Source: Selaginella moellendorffii
Taxonomy: Eukaryota; Plantae; Lycopodiophyta
Direction: 5' to 3'
Length of the DNA stretch: 64,000 nucleotides
NCBI RefSeq assembly: GCF_000143415.4
Contig: NW_003314281.1
Span: 1,465,882 to 1,529,881, forward strand
Part shown: one piece after another, positions 55,664 through 64,000 of the stretch
Layout of the letters: each line of letters opens with the position of its first letter
Numbering within the stretch: position 1 is the stretch's first letter
Translations under genes and position numbers: made by a program
The notes under the pieces: model-generated
What the model was told of the DNA's origin: nothing
Database searches by the model: none
Seen by the model: the letters and a program-made list of their open reading frames with translations, nothing else

Positions 55664-55892
55664 TTTCGATCGATTCCCGGGATGCCCTAGAGGCGCTAGA
55701 AAGCACTCCAGCTATTTAAACACCACCTCCCAAAACTTCAAATTTGAGCCAATCGGGTGTGAGGGCCCGGATCCCCATCGGACGGCCGAGAGCACGCGCC
55801 CATCCAACGGCCAGATTCCGCCGCCATAGAAACCATTTATTTTGTTTTTTAACAAAAAAGCGCGAATCAACCCTACACGAGGGGGGAATCTG

Positions 55893-56447
55893 TCAAGATC
55901 CTCCCAGGGACGACTCTTTCTCGAGGAAGGCGCACAGCTGCTCCATCACCTGGCGCCCTTTGGCGCTGTTTTGCTGGAATTTCTCGATGCAGCGCTGCTC
56001 GATCTTCTCCGCCAGCGACGCCAGCGCCGAGAGCGTGGAGCAGCGGATGTTCATCTCCTGGCGGAAGAGCGTCCAATCGGGGTTTTGGGGGTGGGGCGAG
56101 CACCAGCACTTCTCCTCCACCTCCACGAAATCCTTGAGCGTCACATTGCGCGTCACAATCTGCATTGTCTGCGCCGCCGCGTCCACGCTCGATCGCTCGA
56201 TGCAGTGGCACACCCTATCGCCGATGATCCGCTGGAGCCACCAGGGGCACGGCGCGTTCACCGACACTAACCTAGTGCTCTCCAGCACGCCCGTGGCGCC
56301 GTCCACGCGACGCGCGATCGTGTCCACGCTCAGGACGTGGGAGAGCTGAGGCTTGTTGTCCAAATCCTGGTACTTGCGCCATGTCGCCGCCGTCACGCGA
56401 TCCCACGGATGCTTGTACACATGCTCTTGCTTGTATCCGCGCACCAT
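55893..56447 (-). CDS. PRELI/MSF1 (Ups-like) mitochondrial lipid-transfer protein, 184 aa, intronless
   Basis: YKQEHVYKHPWDRVTAATWRKY, SHVLSVDT, EEKCWCSPHPQNPDWTLFRQE, FQQNSAKGRQVMEQ. Confidence 0.93.
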   Translation of the reverse strand: MVRGYKQEHVYKHPWDRVTAATWRKYQDLDNKPQLSHVLSVDTIARRVDGATGVLESTRLVSVNAPCPWWLQRIIGDRVCHCIERSSVDAAAQTMQIVTRNVTLKDFVEVEEKCWCSPHPQNPDWTLFRQEMNIRCSTLSALASLAEKIEQRCIEKFQQNSAKGRQVMEQLCAFLEKESSLGGS

Positions 56448-56538
56448 TCCCCTGCCCTAGCCAAAACCCTAGCCAAGATTCCAAACTTCTGGGAAGAATC
56501 TTGTGAATATTCACGTGAATTTTCAAAAGATTCCATCG

Positions 56539-59500
56539 TCATTCCGGGATCTTGAGCGAGTTGGCGAGTGAGCCCAGCATGCTTTCCAGGGCCTTGTAGT
56601 CTTCCGAGTCTTTGAAATCGTCGGCCTGGGCACGAACGCAAAAGAGAGTGAGCTTTTCGCCGGGAAACGAAGTAGTACCTGTTTGAGCGTGTTTGTGAGA
56701 TGCCTTTGCGCGGCTGCTAGCTCCTTTTTACCACAGATCGCTATGTACTCCTGGCACAGTCCGAGTGAGGCGGCGGCGAAAGCTCGGAAGCGGGCTTCAT
56801 CGTGTTGCCAGTTTGATCCCTGTTTAAGCAGTGTGGTTGTGAGGGCTGGACGATGGTTTGGAGATTTCTCTACCTGGTATGCTCGGACTTGTCTCAAGAA
56901 GGCGTTGGTTGATGCCTGTCGGTCGCCGAGAGCTTTGTGCCATCGTGCCTTTACGCCCCAGACATCTCCACCGTAATTGCCACTCGAGGCCATCTGTATG
57001 ACAGAAAAGAACAAGAGTTAGCTCACAAGCATTTGTGGATCTACCTTTGATATCAGCTCTCCAAGCATCTCTATTAGCCGTTTTCTCTCGTGATCAGTCA
57101 TGCCTTCGGCAGGAGTTTCACTTGTAAAGAGTTGTTTTTCTTCGAACACGTCAATGATTCTTGCTAGCAAGCCTGTGTCAACATTTCTGGGTGACAGCTC
57201 GAAAACCTGTCCTACTGCGGGTATTGCCTGAGAGATTGCATAGAATTAGTTAAGAAAAACGCAAGTGGTGAGGAATACCTGCGCAAAATTGCCGAGACTA
57301 ACAAGGACGTGTGCGTAGTTATCCCACAGCTCCCAGGAGTTCCGCCTACATCAATCAAATTAGAAATACATGGACATAGCCAGGAAAAAGGACCCACTTG
57401 AACTGCACTGCTTGTTGGAATGCGGTGCTTGCTTCTTTCAGATTTTCCTTGCGCATGTTTCTGTAAGAACACAGGCGACTTTATATTAAAGAGAAAAAAG
57501 TTTTACTTACAATGCGGCAATGTTATTGAAAGCTTCTCCATGTTCCGGATCAAGCTGTATTGTCCGCACAAATGCATGTAAAGCCTGGTCATATTTTTTA
57601 CACTGAAAAACCAGAACTCAGTTAAGAAAATACAGGTTCTAGACGGTTACCTTTAATGCACAAAACCCCGCAGAGAACCAGCCGTCGGAGTACAACGGGT
57701 TCAGTGAAAGTGCCAGACCCCTGTTAGTGACCTCGTTAACACTGTACTAGCATCACCAGAAGTGCATACCAGTGTTTTACCGCCTCCTCATACTCTTTCC
57801 TATTCATCGCAGAACGAGCGAGAAAACGCTGTACACCAAGCGCATTAAACAAAGAAAAGCAAAAAAAAAGAGTTTTTACCTGTGCAACTGCATATCTCTG
57901 CCCAGAAACTTCCCAAGACTTCAAAAAGCATGCGTCGTCATTAGTGGCGTCTCCTAGAGAACACCTGCACAAGTGATCTTAGGACTACAAGAAAAAGACA
58001 GCACAAATACTTACCACAGCCTTGGGTCATTCGGTGATATCTCAAGACGCTCCTTGATAAGATTTACTCCTCTTGCTTTGTCTCCGAGCAAACTGAAACG
58101 ATCCTGTAAAGTTGCATTCCACTGACACGAAGAACGAACCGGTAGCAGTCAATAACGCTCTGCCATAACTCGAGTTTCTCAAAAAGGTTGAGAGCCTCTC
58201 CGATATTACCAATGCTAACCAACGTGTTAGCATACTGCCTATACCAAATCAAATCAGACCTTCAGTACGAGAGAAACAGGGAAAACATACCTGAGAAGAG
58301 CTTGAAGACAAGGAGATGAGACGCAGAACAAAAGTTCCATTCTTTCAGATGGATTACATGGGCCATCCCGGATGCTTGACACCTACGAGTTGAATTAGTT
58401 TTAGGAACGACTCCCTAACTAGACTTACAATGTCGTCCATAGTCTGAAATGCTCTCTCGCATGTAGGACCGCGTGATTTTTCCCACTCTACACGGAGGAG
58501 TTTACAGCAGGTCTTGACCTGAAAAGACAAAAAACTTAGATGAGCGCGATTCAAAAAACCTGTACGGTACCATAAAAGGCGAGGCTTGCTGAGCGTCGAC
58601 AGCTTCTATAAACGGCGCCATTTCCCAGTCTGATATAAAGACAGCTATAGCTCAAACCATGAAACAAAAATCCCTTTACCTCTTAATTCATTTTCAGCAT
58701 TTTTCTTCTTCACATCCAAGCAACGAGCAAGAATTAGAACCTGTTGTATCGGACTAAGAGCCTTCTGGTGCAGGAACTCAATGTTTGAGCTTTCCAGCCT
58801 TGGATATAACAGTACGTCACCTTGTTCAGCAGGTTTATCAACCCTCTCAAGGACGTGAAGGTTCGATTCATCTTTCAGAACCATCTGCGCAGTCGGATCA
58901 CTCTGCACACTCGGTCGAACAAGAATTTCAAACTAGGAAAAGAAAAATATTACAACATCTTACTTGGTATTGCCTACGAAATCCCATTGCACCTTCGACG
59001 GAGTACACCAATCCAGCAGTTTTTTCTGCTTGAGTAACGAAAAGTCTGCACCAGATAAGTCAATTAGTGCAACAGATAAAAGAAACAGTAATACACACCG
59101 TCCTTCGTCCGCATGACCATAATAATACTCCACCAAAGCAGCTTCTGTGAAAGCCATTGTAGCAATTGCGTTTTCTTCTTCCAGAGAGACAAGGCTGTAC
59201 CACCCGCAGCAATCTTTCAGAAACTTAGTGCCAAAACACTTGACAACTGCCGCATAGCCACTAGCAACATCTTTCAAAAGAGTAGGAGACCTTTCCTCCA
59301 GTGACTTCTGCTGGCAAAATAAAGCCCGCGCGATCCACCACACCCGTGTCGCTGGCTCCTTGATATTTTTTATAGCTTCAAACATAACCTTTGCAACAAC
59401 AAGGTACTGAGAGAAGGAGAGCGTAAGAAAGTGACAATTCAGAAAGAAAAGAGTTACCTGAGGACAATTGCACTTTCCCTGGAGATCGCACCCGTCCACC

Positions 59501-60014
59501 ATAAGTTCGCTACGAGCCCAAGTATCCCAGCTTTGCTCTGAGGCTGCAATCCAAGGCTCCATCTTGGAGATAGCATCGAGAGGGAAAGCTGGAACGTCAA
59601 GCTCCGGCCTTGAAGACCACAAACTTAACAAGAAGGAAAGAAAAATCGTTGATAGAGAACTTACCCTGTGAAGTTGGACTGTAAGAAAACGCAGAAGAAC
59701 GAAACCCCTGCAGCCATTACCAGCATTGACGCAGCTTCATTTGCTTCTTTCTCCACGAAACTCCGCACATTTCTAGAAATCTTGTCGTAGAAGATCCTCC
59801 CAGAAACACTAGGATCATAGCTGACATCGCCGAAGATCTCACGCATAACCTCCATTGCTGCCACTCGAGAATACAAGCCCTGCTCTATGAAATCCACCGC
59901 TTGCAGTAGCGATGATTCGACGTCTGTGCTGGCGCGTACCGGATCGATCGGAGCCGCATTGATTCGCAGCGCGCAGCGGAGTAGACGTAGCTCGCAGGAT
60001 TCGCTTACCTCCAT
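56539..60014 (-). CDS. Tetratricopeptide repeat protein 27-like (TTC27/Emw1), many short exons
   Basis: ELRLLRC start, FLQSNFTGP, LRVEWEKSRGPTCERA, FEKLELWQSVIDCY, TPR exons (GLALSLNPLYSDGWFSAGFCAL, HGEAFNNIA), C-terminal ELAAAQRHL. Confidence 0.8.
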
Positions 60015-60179
60015 CGCGCCGAGCGCGAAATCCCTAAACCCCTACCTAAATCGCAGAGCTGGTTTTTTAGGGCTGTTGGAAAATGTGGGTTTCTTTGCGT
60101 AAGAAATCCTGGATTGCGAGTGGTAGGATAAGGCGCGGATGAGGTACTGCTGCTATACGATGATCGTAATCTCGCCAGA

Positions 60180-63100
60180 ATGATCCGCAATTCCAGTGCT
60201 GCTCATGCAGTAGCACGAATCCATGCCGCGCCATCGACATCCTCGCAGCAAATTTGCCAGATTCCACTTCCCAGCACTGCTCCATTGCAAATCCCTGCGC
60301 TCCTCCGCAATCTAAGCTTCTCCCATTCGCGATCACACAAGCGCGCGCCGGGATCTTGCGTTTTGGCCACAAATGCTGCCGCTGCTAGTGCTGGCGTCTT
60401 TCCAGGGGGGACGAGGAGAGCGTCTGTGAGGCTTCCAGGACTAGGATTGAGGCTCAAGGCGGAGGATATTTTGGAGGATGGCGAGGAGAAGAAGGCAGTG
60501 CTCGACTCGGCGGTGGCAGCCGGATTAAATCTGGTAATTCTCGAGGATGGAAAGGAAGATAGCTTGAGATTCTACGATGCTGCGCGAATTGTCATGTCCA
60601 TCGTTAGAGGAAGAGCGGATGTTTTGATCGTGGAGAGGGTGGACATTGCTGCTGCTGCTGGATCAAATGGTGTGGTTTTGTCAGATCAAGGTAGGAAAAG
60701 GCCTTCTCTTCTTTAAGTTTACGTACTCAGAGAGTTCTTTGTCCTCCTTTGTTTGAGCAGGCCTTCCTTCCGTGGTTGCGAGAAGGATGATGCAAAACGC
60801 AATGCCTGAGGCTGTGGTGCTTCCGCTGGTTGCAAGAAGAGTCACCTCTTATCAGTCCGCCGAGATTGCAACGATCACGGAAGGAGCAGATTTTTTGCTG
60901 CTACAATGCGAGCAAGCATCGTCAGCCAGTGCTAAAGCTCTAGTGGAAGGCATTTGCAAGCGGGTGAAGATTCCTGTGTTTTTGGAGTGGGCTCGTCAAG
61001 AAGAGGATGCTGTGAAACTTCTCAAAGTTGGTGCCGGTGGGATTATACTCGACTCTTTGCCAGCGGCCGCCGAAGTTTCGAGTTTCGTTACAGACCTTGC
61101 TTCAAAAGTGGCGTCATCGGTCTATACTAAATCCGGGAAAGGATTGAGCTTGAATGGCGAAGGTGCTAAATCCTCGTCGACTGCAGCAGCGGCTGTTTTG
61201 AGCTCGATAGAGCAACAAGCGAAGCTTCTCATCGAAGAAGAGCGGCCTATACTTACATCTGCTGTTGAGATCATCAAAGAGGCGTCACCACAGGTACAAT
61301 ACCGAACATTTTCTTGAGTTCTCTAAATGTACTTTCATTACAGATGGAGGAAGTAGGCTTGCTCGTTGATGCGGTCAAGCAGCTAGAAGAACTTTTTCTG
61401 CTGGTTGTAGTGGTGAGAGCACGTCACTTTCTTTTTTTGTTACAATCTGACCTCTGTTTTCTTCTAAAGTGTAGGGTGAGTTCAACTCTGGAAAATCTTC
61501 AGTCATCAATGCGCTACTCGGTGACAGGTTCTTAAAACAGGGAGTACTTCCAACCACGAACGAGATAACCTTGCTGAAGTATTCCGACGAGAGCTATGAG
61601 GAGCGTCCGGCGAGGCACCCTGATGGCCATCTCATGCGGTATCTTTCTGCTGGGCTGTTAAAACAGGTCCACATATAGGCTCTTGCTTTCAATGTTATGA
61701 GTGTGATAGAAATACGTGAGTATAGGCATTGATGTTCCTGTTTGTTTCTCTGTTCTTGTTGCAAGCTCCTAATTGTTCATCTTTGCTTCGGTGCAGATGA
61801 ACCTTGTGGACACTCCTGGCACAAATGTTATACTTCAAAGGCAACAGCGATTGACAGAGGAGTTCGTGCCTCGGGCTGATCTTGTTCTGTTTGTTATTGG
61901 AGCTGAGAGGCCACTCACTGAAAGCGAGGCAAGCTCTCACACATCATTCTGCATTTCACGTTTTGATGTGATACGTCTTCTATCAGGTTTCTTTTTTACG
62001 GTACATACGCAGGTGGAACAAAAAAATTATTTTCACTCTAAATAAGTGTGATCTCCTTTCTGAAGAATCGGAGGTAGGCAAAGGTTTTTGTTGCTTCACT
62101 GCTGACGCATTTTCTTTTAAAGGTGGAGGAAGTCAGAAGGTTCGTAGCGGACAACGTTCGACAGCTACTGAATATCGAAGCAGCAATGATTTTTCCAATT
62201 TCTGCGAGGAAGGCATTGCACGCAAAAGTCAAAGCTAAACAACTGGAAAGCAAGAATCTAGAAAGAGATCCCCTTTGGACAGCCAGCGGGTTCGACAAAC
62301 TTGAGCAGTATGTTCTGGACTTTCTCGGAGGTTCATCAGATGCTGGTGCTGAGAGGATCCGATTGAAGCTGGAAACACCGATAGGAATCGCGGCTGCACT
62401 GCTTTCAGCTGCTCGGAAGCAAGTAGAAGCTGATGCGGCAAACAATGAAGTTGATCAGAAGGTCCTTGATGAAATGGAGGACCAGTTTACTAGTTACAAG
62501 CAGTTGCTGGGAACCAATGTGGATCTGCAAGTTCAGCTGGTTATTACTGCGGTAAGCATTCGAGTCGTTTTAGTTTTTTATTTTGCTAACTTGAGGGCAA
62601 CTTTAGGTGGCCGAAGCAACTGCAAGAGCTTTAAAATTTGTAGATAAAAGATTACAGGTTACGAGCGTGGACACGGCGTCAAAATACTTATTGCCGCGAA
62701 ACGAGACATCGTCCGCTGGTGCGGCTACTTTTGAGCGTGAAATAATTGGCACGGCATTGTCCGATGTTAAGGTAACAAAATGCTCTCGCTGTATTCGTTT
62801 CTAAGTCTAAACTTTGCAGAACGCGATAGAAGATCACAAGCTTTGGGTAACTCTGAACACCCAAAGGCAACTGGAGAAATATGTGGAAATTGGCAAGAGC
62901 CGATGGCCTGACACGGAAGTCGTGACGGATTCCTGGTCCGAAAACGTAAGTTTCTCTGGCCGCAGCTTGACAGCGCTGGACGAATTCGACGTCAAGGCCG
63001 CCAATCTTCTTTTGGAGCAGGAACTTCGTGAAGCGGTGAGAGTCAAAAAATTTTATTCTTTTCTAGAGCTTCACAGTTATGAATGACATATATCCACTGC

Positions 63101-63589
63101 ACAGGTTTTCAGCACCTTTGAAAGCCTCGGAATTGCCGGTGCGTCCGCATCGTTGTTAACTTCGGTACTGCCAACGACATTGGAGGATTTAATTGCGCTT
63201 GGGTTGTGCTCAGCTGGAGGGTACGCTTTTTTATCTCTCAGCCTTTTCTTTTCTCTTTTCTCGTAGTAGCTAGAGCATCTAAAGTTCTTCTCCTTTTTCT
63301 TCCTTGCAGGCTTGTAAGTATCTTCAAGCTTTCATCCCTGCGTGAAGAGATCAAGAGAAAAGTAGAGCAAGTGGCGCAATCTCTATCCCTGAAACTCGAG
63401 GAGGAGATGAAAGCCGAGCTCCAAGAATCCATTCAATCGATCGAGAGCTCGGTGCTTCAATTCACCGCTCCATACCGATCGCTAGTGGAGAAAGAGTCGA
63501 CCAGAATCGCCGCTGTCCAGGAGAAGCTCGTTGTCATCGATAAAGAGCTCCAAATGTTGCGGAAGAACATCCAAAACCTTGGCTCGTAA
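60180..63589 (+). CDS. FZL: FZO-like chloroplast dynamin-related GTPase, multi-exon
   Basis: Transit peptide; FPGGTRR; ERVDIAAAAGSNGVVLSDQG; G1 GEFNSGKSSVINALLG; GVLPTTNEIT; DTPGTNVILQRQQRLTEEFVPRADLVLFV; TSVLPTTLEDLIALG. Confidence 0.93.
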
Positions 63590-63699
63590 AGAGAATTATA
63601 ATTGACTTGGTCAACGAAGCAACGGTCAAGTAATAGCCTTTGACCCTTCAAATAGAAATTTAGGGCATCGTCGTGATCCCAGCTAAGGAGCTCCTGGCT

Positions 63700-64000
63700 A
63701 TGGCCGCGAGACCGCGGCTCGCGCTCTTGGGGCTTTGGACCGTCGCCTTCTTGGCGCGCTGCCTCGCGCAATGGCAGCCCCGGGATTTCTATCGCATTGA
63801 TTGCGGCGCCGCTTCCAACACCTCCTCTGGCGATCGGCATTGGCAAGGTGAGCCTCCTCAATCGCCGGCATTCGCCTCCTCCGGGATTTCGATCAACACC
63901 AGCGCTCAAAATCCCGAGCTCCCGTCGCCCGCGCCCTACCTCACGGCCAGAATCTTCACGGCACGCGCGAACTACAGCTTCCCTGTCGATCCGGGCAGGC
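63700..64000 (+). CDS. N-terminus of a malectin-like (CrRLK1L-type) receptor kinase, running off the window
   Basis: MAARPRLALLGLWTVAFLARCLAQ signal peptide, then FYRIDCGA...YLTARIFTARANYSFPVDPGR. Confidence 0.75.
   Translation, partial: MAARPRLALLGLWTVAFLARCLAQWQPRDFYRIDCGAASNTSSGDRHWQGEPPQSPAFASSGISINTSAQNPELPSPAPYLTARIFTARANYSFPVDPGR

Overview
Gene-dense eukaryotic nuclear DNA from a non-seed land plant. Very short GT-AG introns (mostly about 45-90 bp), tiny intergenic spaces, many intronless PLS-class PPR genes with ~31-aa repeats and a KSPK-tailed H2A point to the lycophyte Selaginella (inference, no database search). In order: two convergent Lsi2-like silicon efflux transporters; a small-multidrug-export family gene; PPR; V-ATPase subunit c; PPR; an orphan coiled-coil protein built of ~50-aa tandem repeats; a fragment-rich zone (GH27 exon copy, hairpins, M16 peptidase piece); a decaying tandem array of malectin-like LRR receptor kinases; a divergent CHCH gene; a second mosaic (inverted PPR pieces, NDC80 piece, decayed coiled-coil paralogue); a duplicated two-PPR cassette with reciprocal gene loss; a long acidic protein ending in a CAAD/CURT1-like segment; a ~16 kb AT-rich retroelement graveyard holding a fungal-looking MFS transporter with an inverted duplication across an assembly gap; then a housekeeping block (GH27, H2A, PRELI/MSF1, TTC27-like, FZL, start of a CrRLK1L kinase). 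Best leads: the candidate fungus-derived MFS gene, the orphan repeat protein and the complementary decay of the PPR cassette. Family calls come from motif recognition and manual translation only.
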